Shown in pieces: positions 23,830 through 38,323 of a stretch of 64,000 nucleotides of DNA. Origin of the DNA: Octopus bimaculoides (lineage: Eukaryota); the NCBI RefSeq assembly GCF_001194135.2, contig NC_068997.1, positions 11,243,355 through 11,307,354 of the forward strand, in the 5' to 3' direction. Each line of letters opens with the position of its first letter. The stretch's first letter is position 1. The position numbers and the translations under genes were made by a program. The notes below the pieces were generated by a model. The model was given only the letters and a program-made list of their open reading frames with translations, had not been told where the DNA came from and searched no databases.

Positions 23830-26800
23830 TGCTTTGGTTCTCTACTGTTTTGTACTGAAGTCTAGTCAACACTAACTTTTACACTGATCGTTTCCAGGTC
23901 AATATATAAAGTACAATCAAATAGTCAACTCGGTTTCTCGTCCTCTTCTTCCTTTCATTGTCTTACTCTCTCTCATTCGCTCTCTCTCTCGCTTAGAAAA
24001 CGCTACCTAAATATTCCCATTAATACCCGCTTATATCGTGGAGCTAGCAAATATTTCAGCTAGAATTTGAAGGGGAAAAACATATATTATGTGATATCAG
24101 TCATTTTGTGTGCATCCATGGTGCATTTTTAACAAAGTAAGTAGCCAATGTTTGAAATGCGTTTCACGTGCAAGATAACTTAATAATGGTTTATTTCTAA
24201 GACATAAAAATGAGAGTACAGATACATTGTGTCAAGATGGGGTTTGTACTGATTCGGGCTTACAACTCATTTGTGGTGTTCATCCACCGAAAATAAACGT
24301 TATTAATATAATCCATTAACAAACCAAACGTCGTAAAACCCTGCATTCATTTATCGAACCATTTATCCATCATTCACTCGTACTTAAATTCATAGAAATA
24401 TCGGACAGTTGATACATATTGTATTGAACCAACTGTACTTTCTCTAACTTATATGAGAATATTCACCAGTAAAATAAAAACGAAAAAAGTTGATGTATTC
24501 AATTATGCCTTTAAAATACAAGCCTCCCTTTCCTTAACAAAACGATATAATACAATCAGCAAGAGACGGTTGTTTATATTTACCACCTACTATCATGGCT
24601 GCGAATGCAGTCACATGCATTATTACGTGGGTTCACGCTGATGGTTACAATGTTAAGTATTGATTATTTGTCAACAACGTGAGGGGAAAAAAGTAACATT
24701 TAAAATATTTATATATTTTAAAAGGATCGATATACAATATACATTCATTTTCAAATTACTGCTTCTTTTTATTTTCACTCATATTTGGAACGAAAATGAG
24801 TTAGAATTGAATTATTCATACATATACATTTTGATGCATTGTATGTATTCAACAGTTTAAACCTAATTATGAATGTTTCTTTTTTTTCTTTTTATTTGAA
24901 ATTCATATTATATGTAGAAAATTGTTCTATCAAAATACATTTGATTCATCTGCAAATTCAGCTTCGGGGCCTAGTTCCCTATTTTGGAATGATTGAATCT
25001 TTATAAATTTATACAATTTCTTATTTACTTTAACAGAAAATCTATCTAAAAATCGATGATCCATACGCAGTTATATATGTTACAGCACCTGCTAATCCAA
25101 GACCAAACGTACAAAGCCAATCGTAATTAAATAAATGCATTTGGTATTTCTTTGCGATCATTGTTTTATATTTATTTTAACATTTACTGATGTTTCTATT
25201 TAGAATAGACCAATGATAGTTTAACGGATAGAGATTTCTCTTTACAAAACCGTTCCAGTTCTTAATACGTACCAATACATCTGTCACAACTCTGTCAGAG
25301 AAGGCAATGTATTGAAATGTATGAGTCCAGATTCACTACAAGCGCATATTTAATGTATCCTAGAAAATACGTGATAGATTTCAAGTGGGGAAATTTTAGA
25401 ATCTATATAAAAATTCACTATTTCTAAATGGAGTCAGTTTCTAGCTCCGAAAATGATATATGCAGACAATCGTGTGATCCATAATATTCAAAACTGCATT
25501 CCGGTGCACCTTAGCAAATTCATATTTTTTAATGCTGCTTTGAAAATCTTGCTTTTGATCAGTTCCTTTGCAAAACCTGGTTATCTCAGAATTCGGTATC
25601 TCTCATCTAGGAGGTGAATAAATTTAGATTGATTCATCGCCTAAGCTTCTTAGTTTACTAGCACCTTCCTTGCCCTAAAATGAAAATATTATGAATGAAT
25701 TCAAACCCTTTTTGGGTGTGTTCAGCGAAAATAATTCGGAAAAGCATAAACATTTATGGACCCATCCAACTAAATTTTAACTTTCTCCATAAATAGTAAA
25801 TTTAGAATTGCCCTTATAAACAAAAACATACATAATTTGAATCGTCCAACGATTGCAATAATTTTCCTCTCTACTTCTTAAATGACAAAATTATACCAAA
25901 AAGCACTATGCTATATTTAACAATAAACCGAAAACTATTGTAGAATTACGCTTTTAATGACAGCTGGGAATACGGAAATAAATTTTTAATGCAATAATAA
26001 TTGAATCCACTTAATCGAAACTATTTGAAATATTTTTAATTGTATGAATACAATACAAACAGAATGTAAAATATTTCTCCCATTTTGATTTCAGAATACT
26101 TCTTTTGGAAAAGAGCATGCCATTCAAAATGACGCAAAAAAAAAAAATAATAATGATCGGTTATGATCGATGTCACGTTTAGACAGAAATTTCACAGGAC
26201 TGAATTTCTTTTTCTTATTTTTATTTTGATGTATCTACATTCATATTTTGAGCTCTCCAGATTTCATAAAATAAAGGCAAATAAATATAAACGGGAAATA
26301 ATTCAAACAACTATATCAGTCATTTAGATGTAAGTATTCAAATAATCAGTGTGATCTGAAATTTTCGTTTATATGAAATGTTTAAGTAAATCCGTTGTAC
26401 TCGCCTTACCTCCCTTAAATTGCAGCTTGCCTAGAGTTTCCTGTGAATTAAGGAAGTAATATAAGTGAAATATTTGGGAGCTAAAGGATATGTTTCTTAA
26501 ATGCCATATCAAAAAGAACTTCTAAAATTTGAACTAAATACGAAAATGCATTTCGGATTTTTGATAAATACGGAGAACACGGTGGCATATTCTGGACCTA
26601 CTGAACCGTCCCACTGGGGTGAAGTGACTGAAACTACTTTGTGATTATTTTTATGTAACATGGCAATTCGAAATATAGATCTTGGAAAATTCGCCTAGCG
26701 TTACTTCTGCACAAATAACATAGGTATTGCGGGCTAACATATGTATTGCATTGTGCCAACGATAGTATTAAACAAATGAAAATTAAATATATATTTTAAA

Positions 26801-27082
26801 GCATGTGGAAGATTAATACGTCATCAGACCATGACACTCTCTAGCGACCAACACGATTTCGATCTCTATATAACCCTAATGATAGTACAATGATATACAA
26901 CTGCCTGCGACTTACAGTGTCATAACTCAAAACGTACGAGATAAAAGGAGAGGGGAAATGAAAAGGGAAAACAAATGATATGTGATGAAACAGTTTGCTC
27001 CATTTGCAGTTTTCACGTTAATATATATATGTGTGTGAGTGCACACACACACACACACACACGTATATATAAATACATACAT

Positions 27083-27119
<37 letters not shown>

Positions 27120-27376
27120 NNNNNNNNNNNNNNNNNNNNNNNNNNNNNNNNNNNNNNNNNNNNNNNNNNNNNNNNNNNNNNNNNNNNNNNNNNNNNNNNN
27201 NNNNNNNNNNNNNNNNNNNNNNNNNNNNNNNNNNNNNNNNNNNNNNNNNNNNNNNNNNNNNNNNNNNNNNNNNNNNNNNNNNNNNNNNNNNNNNNNNNNN
27301 NNNNNNNNNNNNNNNNNNNNNNNNNNNNNNNNNNNNNNNNNNNNNNNTATATATACATTTATATAACGTAAAGACC

Positions 27377-27702
27377 TTCATCATTCGGTCATGAATGGCT
27401 GAATGGCCATAGGACTGCACTTGCAAAGTTCTCCTCCAACACACAAGTCTGTGCAAAGTTGTTTAAGGAAGACCACCAGTTGCCCATGCAAGGCAGCCGT
27501 CCCTCTACACGCCACCAATTTTAGCCAAGGGAAAGTAAAAGCCAATAAAGCTTCGCATCAGTGGTGTTGCAACTCATTGCTACACCTGAGTCAATTGGAG
27601 CAACGTATCTTGCTCAAAAACAGTACGCACTGCCCGGTCCTCGAATCGGACGCACTACCACATGATTGTGAGTCCGATGCTCTAACCATTGTGCCATGCG
27701 CC
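27377..27702 (-). mobile_element. SINE family C, near full length
   Basis: The minus strand begins GGCGCATGGCACAATGGTTAGAGCATCGGACTCACAATCATG..., a tRNA-like head with A box, followed by TTGAGCAAGATACGTTGCTCCAATTGACTCAGGTG. Confidence 0.8.
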
Positions 27703-27783
27703 ATTTTACATTCTTGCATAAAAATTGTTCATTTATACATTTCGCTACAATTGCCTTATAGTTCAGTTTCATAACTTTATCTA

Positions 27784-27786
<3 letters not shown>

Positions 27787-27871
<85 letters not shown>

Positions 27872-27872
27872 T
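27787..27872. repeat. (CT)n(CA)n compound microsatellite
   Basis: Directly visible. Confidence 0.95.
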
Positions 27873-28549
27873 CTATGTCACCCTCACTCACCCATTTTAA
27901 CCCTCCCATAGACATACTCACTTTCTATCTATCCCTCTTCTCATGTATCCTAATCTCTCTTATCAAGTAGTCCGTTCTTTTTCCCGCACGTATATTATCA
28001 CATTTTCTTCCAGTGGTTCCTGTTTATATATTTCTTACTAATATATTGCTATTAGGTACAGCATCATTCCAATGACCTAAATCATTTGGTATCAGAGCAT
28101 ATACAACCATTTTATATCCATCAATTTCTAAGCGTTATGATCTTGCTCTCTTGTTCTGCTGGATCTCAAAAGTGCAATATTTTTACAATCAAATGAGTTA
28201 TGTGTTAAGTCCTCATTCAACATGCAGGAAAGAGTGGTGATATCGCCTTTAGACTATATTCTTCTATCTTTAATACAGTAATATATTCAATGATTTACTC
28301 GAAGAACTTTCTCCGTAGGCATATATGAATGACACAACTCAGGTGATTTTTCTTCATTTGCTTAACTGACCGTGGTTCACCTGCTGCCGAATGACGGCAA
28401 TAAAGCAATAAAACCAAGAAAGTTCTTGGTTTTTCATCGACTTATAAACTACTATGCCAATGGCAACTTTTATATGAAAGCATATATCATATATACACCA
28501 AGAATTTCAATTTCATCAATATATAACACTTGCACCCGAAAATGCGCGC

Positions 28550-28598
28550 ACACACACACATACACAATCACACATACATACATACATACATACATACA

Positions 28599-28633
<35 letters not shown>
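28550..28633. repeat. (CA)n/(TACA)n microsatellite
   Basis: Directly visible. Confidence 0.95.
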
Positions 28634-28634
<1 letters not shown>

Positions 28635-30048
28635 TGAAAGTATGTACACTGACGCACACTCATGCATATATAAAGAAAGCACAATTCCGATAATGGACAG
28701 AATCAACGACTATTGAAAAAGCTGCAAGTCTCAATGAAAATTTTAGTAAAAAATAACGATTAAATCAGAGGAAATTAAACCGGTGAATGTCTTAAATTAA
28801 TAAAGCATTAAGGAAAAAATGACTCCCCCCACCTGACACAATAGCATATGCTTCACCACAGGAATTTACATGAAGGATCTTGCAAACCGCATACAAAAAC
28901 GAAATCCTTTAAAATTGTTTTGATGGAGTGTTTACATTCCTGTAGCAAATTAAGCGAATAAGATATGATGTTTATGTACTTAATTGTATGGGATAATAAA
29001 CGAAGGTGTTTAGCTATGAATGAACGTGGAATACGTCGGGTATCATATAATCTTCAGTTTATTGTCTGTGTTAGGTTATTAGGGAATAATTGCAAGTTAT
29101 TTCCTTGGCGATACAAAGAAAACAGCTACATTAATTCGAAACAACAGACAGGTACATATTTCTGTTCTGAAATGGAAGAATATATGGTTAATGCATTACC
29201 TAGTTAACCAGAAATATCAGTATTTCACCGTGATTCAAAGCGTTTTCAAAAACGAAAAAAAAAAAAAAACAACTTCAAAATTATTCTTTGAAGTAGATTC
29301 AATTGAATTGAATATCGTTGAATCTGTGTGATCTGCGCTATTGAGTTATGGAAAAGAAAGAACACGGTCGTCTGGTCTGAGAGGCAATAACAACATAATA
29401 CAAACATCTATACATAGCTATATATATATATATATATATATATATATNNNNNNNNNNNNNNNNNNNNNNNNNNNNNNNNNNNNNNNNNNNNNNNNNNNNN
29501 NNNNNNNNNNNNNNNNNNNNNNNNNNNNNNNNNNNNNNNNNNNNNNNNNNNNNNNNNNNNNNNNNNNNNNNNNNNNNNNNNNNNNNNNNNNNNNNNNNNN
29601 NNNNNNNNNNNNNNNNNNNNNNNNNNNNNNNNNNNNNNNNNNNNNNNNNNNNNNNNNNNNNNNNNNNNNNNNNNNNNNNNNNNNNNNNNNNNNNNNNNNN
29701 NNNNNNNNNNNNNNNNNNNNNNNNNNNNNNNNNNNNNNNNNNNNNNNNNNNNNNNNNNNNNNNNNNNNNNNNNNNNNNNNNNNNNNNNNNNNNNNNNNNN
29801 NNNNNNNNNNNNNNNNNNNNNNNNNNNNNNNNNNNNNNNNNNNNNNNNNNNNNNNNNNNNNNNNNNNNNNNNNNNNNNNNNNNNNNNNNNNNNNNNNNNN
29901 NNNNNNNNNNNNNNNNNNNNNNNNNNNNNNNNNNNNNNNNNNNNNNNNNNNNNNNNNNNNNNNNNNNNNNNNNNNNNNNNNNNNNNNNNNNNNNNNNNNN
30001 NNNNNNNNNNNNNNNNNNNNNNNNNNNNNNNNNNNNNNNNNNNNNNNN

Positions 30049-30051
30049 TAT

Positions 30052-30090
<39 letters not shown>

Positions 30091-30104
30091 AAGAGAGAGA
30101 GATG

Positions 30105-30140
<36 letters not shown>
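30049..30140. repeat. (GA)n(GATA)n microsatellite next to gap 29448-30048
   Basis: Directly visible. Confidence 0.95.
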
Positions 30141-30141
<1 letters not shown>

Positions 30142-30734
30142 TTATGTATGCATTTATATATGTGTGCGTGCGTGTGTATGATATCTTTTTCCTTAACTCT
30201 TGATATAACTGCAGAAGCACTAAAGTTATATAAGGATTCTCTTGGGAATATCAGCAAAGAAACACCACTCCCTTCCACGGTTTGTTTGCAAGCAATGTCT
30301 TTCCTTTATCTCCTTAGGCAGCGAGAAGTAGATGTGTGTATAGAGAGATAGATAGATAGACAAATATAGTAAGAGAGGCTGAGACAGAGATAAGCAGCGA
30401 GAAAGAGAGATAGAGGGACTGGTAGAGAGAGTGGTAGTGAAAATAGGTGAAAGTTGGTATTTACGTATAAACTTTTTCTAAACAGAAAAACAGATATCAT
30501 GTTACAATTAATTCCAACAATCTTGGTGCGGCGCATTTTGTCTATAGAAATATTTTCCAAATTATACATGCATTTAACAAACGTAAATTGGCCAATTTCA
30601 TTAATAACAACAACAACAATAATAATAATAGTAATAATAATTTCTTAAATACATGTTTTACCTGTGAATTTGCGTGTGTAAACTGGGAATGCATACAGCG
30701 AGTTTCTCTGCCCTAGGTGTATGGACAACACTCG

Positions 30735-30781
30735 GCGAGAAATGGAAGAAAATTTGAAGAAAGAAGAAAAAAAAACTAATG

Positions 30782-30846
<65 letters not shown>

Positions 30847-30924
30847 TGCCAGGCTTGTCCATCGGACACTTTGCAACAAGTATGGACTTGACAGAGCAAA
30901 AAATTGGTACGACCACAAACCTGA
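30735..30924 (+). other. Duplicate of 30935-31227 across a 10-N gap (likely assembly or haplotype redundancy)
   Basis: Identical unique flanks AGAAATGGAAG...AACTAATGAT and TGCCAGGCTT...AAACCTGA. The copies differ only in (AAT)n length. Confidence 0.75.
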
Positions 30925-30974
30925 NNNNNNNNNNAGAAATGGAAGAAAATTTGAAGAAAGAAGAAAAAAAAACT

Positions 30975-30978
30975 AATG

Positions 30979-31042
<64 letters not shown>

Positions 31043-31095
31043 TAATAATAATAATAATAATGATAATAATAATAATAATAATAATAACAATAATG

Positions 31096-31160
<65 letters not shown>
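30975..31160. repeat. (AAT)n microsatellite
   Basis: Directly visible. Confidence 0.97.
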
Positions 31161-31700
31161 TGCCAGGCTTGTCCATCGGACACTTTGCAACAAGTATGGA
31201 CTTGACAGAGCAAAAAATTGGTACGACCACAAACCTGAAGTCATTGTCGAAAATAGAAATGTAGAGATCCTATGGGATTTTATGATGCAGTGTGACCATG
31301 TGATTGAGAATAGGAAGCTGGATATTGTTTTCTCTTAATTGAGAAAGAAAACAAACTATGCTGGATCATAGACATAGCATGCCCAGCTGACAACAAGGAA
31401 GAAAGAAAAGTCGAGAGATATGACAGGTTAGCTTGGGAAGTTAAGCAGTTGTGGTCGATGAAACAGGTAGTTGTAGTGCCAATAATTGTCGGAGCCCTGG
31501 GAATAGCGAGCAGAAATCTCGAGAAGTACGTGGAACAAATAGGGGCTGCAATAGAGTTGGAGCACTTGCAGAAAATTGCACTGCTTGGAACCGCTCGAAT
31601 ACCCCGGAAGGTGCTCGAAAAATAAGAGGTGCTACCTTAGTTCACTGGTAGTAAACAACTGACACTGTCATACATCTCCAGCGCTAGTTTGAAATGAAAC
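31158..31700 (+). mobile_element. 5'-truncated RLE non-LTR retrotransposon (R4/Dong-like), endonuclease C-terminus and 3' UTR
   Basis: IARLVHRTLCNKYGLDRAKNWYDHKPEVIVENRNVEILWDFMMQCDHVIENRKLDIV, a frameshift, then LIEKENKLCWIIDIACPADNK..KVERYDRLAWEVKQLWSMKQVVVVPIIVGALG...LQKIALLGTARIPRKVLEK*, stop at 31623-31625. Confidence 0.9.
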
Positions 31701-32238
31701 TCAGTAAATTGACGCTATGCGTTTATCACGTAAGAATTCTAAAGAGCTTCCATGTACGATATTCTATTCTCAACAACAATACTTTACTTATAAAGGAAAA
31801 ACACTCTTACATTTGCCTTTGTAAAGAAAACTCTGGGCTACTCCATGATTATCTAGTGATATTTGTATGGGTTGTATGGGTAACGAAGAAATTACTCGAA
31901 ATTTTTGTCTTTTAAAGTACTTTTCTAATAGAGAGTTTTCGTAAATCTCAGGCAGCATTCAATGAAAACCAGTGCAGACGCTCACACACACAGACACACA
32001 AGCACAAACGAACGCATACTCATATGTATTCATGTATAAACTATACATGTGTATGAATGAATTCATACACACGCACATGAACATACACATATATATATGT
32101 ATCATTGTATTTATATGTATATATATTTATCGTATATATGTATATATAAGTATATATATATATCTATATATACCTATATATACATTACATATATAAGATG
32201 AATATACATACGTATGCGTGTATATATTATATACACTT

Positions 32239-32285
<47 letters not shown>

Positions 32286-32955
32286 CATACATACATACAT
32301 ATATATACATATATATATATGTCTGTGTGTGTGTGTGTGTGTATAATTATACCGATTACGTTTCTAATCATTTGAATTATTTTATTGCATTTCCTTTGAA
32401 CTTCTGGATAAAAATATATTACTGATATTTAATGGCATATAAAATCTATTGATATTATATTTAGTTATATTGTGGAAGATTACAGTCTATAATTAAAACT
32501 TCATGGGAAGGACGATGAGACTTTTAAAATTATTATTTACATCGTATATTTGTAAATAAATTTCCATTAATACAACTTATTAATCTACTTTCAGCATATA
32601 TATTACTTTCAGAGAAATATAAAAGATATAATATGTATTGAATTTTATTTTTATGTTAAATACTTTGACATGCAAAGTAAAACTAAATTTTGCAGTCAAT
32701 ATATTAAGTTAGTTAATATTAGACTAATAAAAATGCATAACAGCATTTGCTTTGTGAGGTCATCAGCTAGACATTACCATTCATACCTCTTTCTCCATCT
32801 ATACTTTAACTATATTGAGTAACGTAGTTCAGCTTTAACAGAGAGCAGATTAAATTTTTTCAGGCCTCTGGCGGACAGAAAATGCGAGATGCTAGGTCTG
32901 TTCTCTCAGAATTGATTACGTGCTCAAGGCTAAAAAACAGACTCATGTATACACG

Positions 32956-32986
<31 letters not shown>

Positions 32987-33034
32987 GCACACACAAACAC
33001 ACACACATGCAAACACATATAAGTTATGCACACC

Positions 33035-33084
<50 letters not shown>

Positions 33085-35959
33085 ATAATTCAAAAGAAAG
33101 TAAGAAAATGGAGATAGAACATTTGATGAAAATATTTATTATATACAAAAATCAATCAGTCTTTTACAGCTGTTTCAAATAAGATTAATAGATTAAATAG
33201 CAATTATTAAAATCATTATATGAGGCAAACATTCTTCAGAGGAGTAGAAAAATGATATACTGTTAGGTTTTTAAGTGTTATATTTTAGAATCCTCACAGA
33301 AGACTGAGTATTATTTTATGGCTAGTATTGGTATATGCCCGGATTAGGAAGTTATAGGTTGTATTAGTGGGTAATGGATAATATGTGAATATAATTAGGG
33401 TAATAATCAGTAAATTAATAGACGTTGAATAGTAAATTACAGTGGAGAAGAGTATCATATGAATAAGAGGATAAACTATATTCTTAGGTAAGCTCTTTCC
33501 CACTACGTCCGTGCGTTAGTGTCACGTGACAGTAGCGGGAAATGTACATCGGGTTAGAAGCTTAACCATGTGTTCATTCTCTCCAAACACTTGACAGAAA
33601 ACATTAAGAGCATCGATTGTTTGGACTTGTTCAGTGAACTGTGTTAGCCTTAAATTACAACGCCAAACATTGTCACTTGATATTAACACACGGACGTACC
33701 GGGGATCCAAACAAAAAATTTCTAAGACCAGTGATGTGACTATCCACTACAAAACAAATCATATTCAGAACGTATATTAATTTGAGCCATGAACTTCCAA
33801 TTGTTTTTGCAATCACAACGATTTGTACGTTTACTGACATCAGACTTGGTGGGATTCGAAATGCAATTTCAATTTGTAGCGGGACAAAGCTTTTTGACTT
33901 AAACCATAGCTTAGACTCTAGACAAAGCAATTTGCTAATAGCAATGGACATAATAGACAAAATAACATAAGTTATATAAAATTACACAAACTCCGCATAT
34001 AAAACAAATATCTAATTCAAACGATAAAACCATATTTTAATTATGTTAACATACATACCATACCTGTGTAGATTGAACTCAGCGATGTTATCCAAGTATC
34101 CACACCAGCTACAACATGAATAAACTGGGACTATTGACTGAGGTCAGCATTATCTACCACGAAAGGGAGCAGAATGCGTATTAGTTGATGTTTCATCAAA
34201 GAACGGCAATCATACTGAAATTTAAGTCACAATATCACCATATATGTAAAAGGTCGGATACAACTGGTGCATTTTCTCTTTATCTGTTGGGATTTCGACG
34301 AATCAGCAGTTATTGAGGCGTTTGGGATATTTGGATATGGACAAATGCCTCTCGTGAATTTGCTGGTGTGTGAAGTTAATGATTTTGTGTTGAGTAAGTC
34401 ACGAACTTCGGAGGAGTATTTTAATAATTAGGATCCAGTCGATTTTCTGCTAGCGCAATCGATAATAGCCAAAGAAAATATTAGCATTAATATCAAAAGC
34501 ATCGTTGACTGGCGATGTGGGGAAGGGCTAAGTACGACGGCTAGAATTGATTTTACTCTATTTCAAATCCTCTTGATACTGTTTGAAATTATTACCCATA
34601 AATTCGCGGTGATTTCGTTATTCCGTTAATTGCTTCTGAACAATGGATAGCATAAATGGATCTTTGTATTTCCTGAATAATCACGTGATTTTCTTAGCAG
34701 TTACACTTGTGGTATGTTAAGTCTCTGCAGACTTTCTTACATAAGTAGAATTACGCTATCAGATGCATACTAATGGGTGGATTAACGGCTCTTGTATAAA
34801 TCGATGCTGACATAATAATCTTTAAATATTTAATGTCTTCAGAATCAATATGTGCTTGAAAGAATATATGCGTATCTATATTTTTTGAATTAATTGTAGA
34901 AACAAAGACAAAGTATTTGATAAGATATAGTAATCGTAACCAAACGTAAGCTTTCCGTTTCCTAAACGAATGCGTCTCTGCCTGGGAGTTCGACTTCGTC
35001 CAAAATAATACTTGATATCGTATAATATAATCGATATGTTGACTTAGACAAAAGACGTTTGTCATTACTGTTAAATGTTTTTGATAATAGACTTCTGGGG
35101 CAGTATTCGATGCTGGCCTAAATAAAACCAACTTAATTCGATTCTTCGCTGTATGGATAATTCGTATTTACATTGACATATATTTCATAAAGTGTCATGA
35201 TATTTAATCAAAATATTTAATCAATGAAATAAAGTTGAGTCTAGTTTTAAATATTAGTACACATTTTATGACACACTAACGCAGCTGTCAAACCCAAGTA
35301 TATATTGTACTTTGTTATAATCAACACCACTATGCTTATGAATTGTATAGGATACTGGCAAACATATCCGAATAAAAAAAATTTAAGTTTCAGAAATATA
35401 TTGCATTTTCGATATTTTTGAATGTTTATTATATCGAAAATATTTTGTGCAGCATACAAAATACGCAAACGAACATTCATATATGCTTACATTTATATAT
35501 ATCCAGGTGTTGAAAAAAACAAAACAAACACCTTGTTAAATCGTGTTTATATTATTTAATACGATGTTTTAAATAATACTCCGTATTATATAATAGTTGG
35601 CCTCAGCCAAATGTGATTTGAAATGTGATGTGTGCTATTACGGAAACCCCAAAACTTTTTCTGTCGATATTTTCGTCAAAGTTTTTTGTTATCCTTTGAC
35701 ATGCTGAAAAGCTAAATAACTCTAAATAATGCTTTCTATTAGGACCATGATAAATAATGGTATCAAGTGCGCGGTGAGGCAATTTTTGATCATTTGAAAA
35801 GTGTTACTTACGGCAATATTTTTCATACGATGCCTAATAAACATGATTGAAAATAAGAAGAAAAATAAAGTATTCCAGTGACTTTTAAAATCACATTACT
35901 TGAGGAATATATCTGCTAAATCATATGTAATCACCCATAACGATAGCCACTTAGACCCG

Positions 35960-36185
35960 GCCATACATCCAGCAACTCTACGCTTCTCTGCCTAGCAGAA
36001 CTCGTCCTCAATCTCAACTGCTTTATGATCGCGGGAAAGGTTTACCAGCGATTTGTCTGGCGCTGCTATGGGAACGAGAATGGGTCCCGATTTTGCCAAC
36101 TTATTTGTTGGTTATGTTGAGGCCCAAAACGTCTCACAGTTCTCCGGATCAACGCCAGAGCTATACCGTTGCTACATAGTTTTGC
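35960..36185 (+). mobile_element. Penelope-like element reverse transcriptase fragment
   Basis: LAELVLNLNCFMIAGKVYQ, a frameshift, then SGAAMGTRMGPDFANLFVGYVEAQ...PELYRCYI. This is the PLE RT AMGxxxxPxxANLF motif, ending just before the YxDD motif. Confidence 0.88.
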
Positions 36186-36827
36186 TGTCCTTGAATACTT
36201 TGAAGAATGTTCCAAAATATTCCGATCAATTATTAAAGTAAGAATGGAAAGTATTCATGTAATTCTGAAATAAATTCTGAATACAAACGAAAGTAAAAAA
36301 AGAACATTAAATTGTAACAAATACGTATGTAAGCACGTAGGGGAATGAATATGAGAATATAATTATTATGCATGATGTATAGTCAAGTGAAACACTCGTG
36401 CGATGAATAAACTATCGTACATTATTAATGGATTATTATGAGTGGTGAATGAATTTTGTCATTGATTGTTGAATAGTAAATTTTGAGGAGAACCTGTTGT
36501 AATGCCGTATAATATTTATATATCTTTGACATTTACATCAAAATCCCACTGTGTTGACTCGCATTTTATTCTCATATAATTTCATGAGATAAAAACGAGT
36601 TAGTCTCTTGGATGGTGCTGATCGCACTCGTAGAAACCAAACTCTATGCAAAATTATGCAATAATTTTACAAGCAAATTATTATTTCAGATGATGTCAAT
36701 TGAGATGATAATGGTAACACCAAGAGCAGTAATCGATATGAGATGCATGATGATGATGATAAAGAGGAGGAGGAGGAGGCAAGGGAGAAAGGATCGGGAC
36801 AATTGATAACATCGTAAATGATGATAG

Positions 36828-36860
<33 letters not shown>

Positions 36861-37004
36861 TAGTTTTAGGGAAAATAACCAATTATCAAGAACTCATCGA
36901 TGAAAATCCACTATCACATATAAGGCTCAATTTAATTTTACTTTTTTGTAAATTGATTTTAATTGGGTTTTTTGCCTGTAATTTTGGATTTTGTCCCTAA
37001 TATT

Positions 37005-37063
<59 letters not shown>

Positions 37064-37125
37064 ATATATATATATATGTATATATATATATACACATACA
37101 TACATACACGCATACACACACATAT
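37005..37125. repeat. (ATT)n(TA)n(TG)n compound microsatellite
   Basis: Directly visible. Confidence 0.95.
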
Positions 37126-38281
37126 ATAAACCAAACTATAAACCCAAGGACAAAATAACAAATGAACATATATACCAGTACAAATACATATTGATGTTGT
37201 TTATATCGATGTACATACTTGTTATATGTGCGTGCCTGTGCGTATATGTATGTGTGTATGTATACAAAAATGAATGATGCTCCTGGCGGGCATGCATATG
37301 ATAGCCGTTTATTTAGCGGAAACATCCTCAAATTATATTATATATAGTATATTATATAATATCCTCATATATTATATATAGTATATTATATAATATCTTA
37401 GTTGTTTGAATACACGTACTGACTTTTAGTTCAGTGGAGTTTCGGCTGACAATATCAAACTTGTTGAGTTTAAATTAAGATTTAATATCGAAATCGAAAA
37501 CCAGTTGGCAGCCATGAACGCGTACGTTATTTACTTGCTACTTAATATAATTAAATTTAATAATTAAATGCATATAATTCACACGACCTGCAATTACCGT
37601 ACAAATTACAATGAAACATTCGTCTACTACTTGAAATAAACGAACGTATCCTAATTACGTTGAAATTCTGAAACAGTACATATTTTAATTACTGTAATAA
37701 TTTTAATAATTCTAGTTCTGCATATTTGGCATACTGTTCAGTCTCAAATCTCAATTAGAATATGTTGTATCATGTCCAAAAATTTAACATGTAACTTTAG
37801 ATATTATTTTCTCTGCCAACTAATGTTTCTTTCATGCTTTCTCTTTTATTCCATGTTATGCTTAAAATCGATCAATCAATGTCATGAGTATTTGAAAAAA
37901 ATATACGACTGATAGATACCTTACTGGCTTTAGTCATTGGAGTTTCCTTTTACATAATTTATACGTAAGGGTTCAGAACGAGACGTATAGATCTTAGTAC
38001 ATGATCGCAGAACCGATTATTAGACTTTCGTAGGGAGATGTATTCACATTTATAGTGAGACATTATATTAATGTTGACAACAGTTAATATTCATGAACAG
38101 AGAATACCACTGTAGATTATATGTAAGTAATTTACGTTACTTATATATTCATTTAGTAAAAGCTGTTGGGGAAAAAACCCTCTCAGTGAAATGGTACAGA
38201 TTAATGATATCTATTTTAATGGAGTCAGCCTCCTCTACTCTCAGTTTCTGGTATAGGAACGCAGAACGTTCAATTATACAC

Positions 38282-38323
<42 letters not shown>

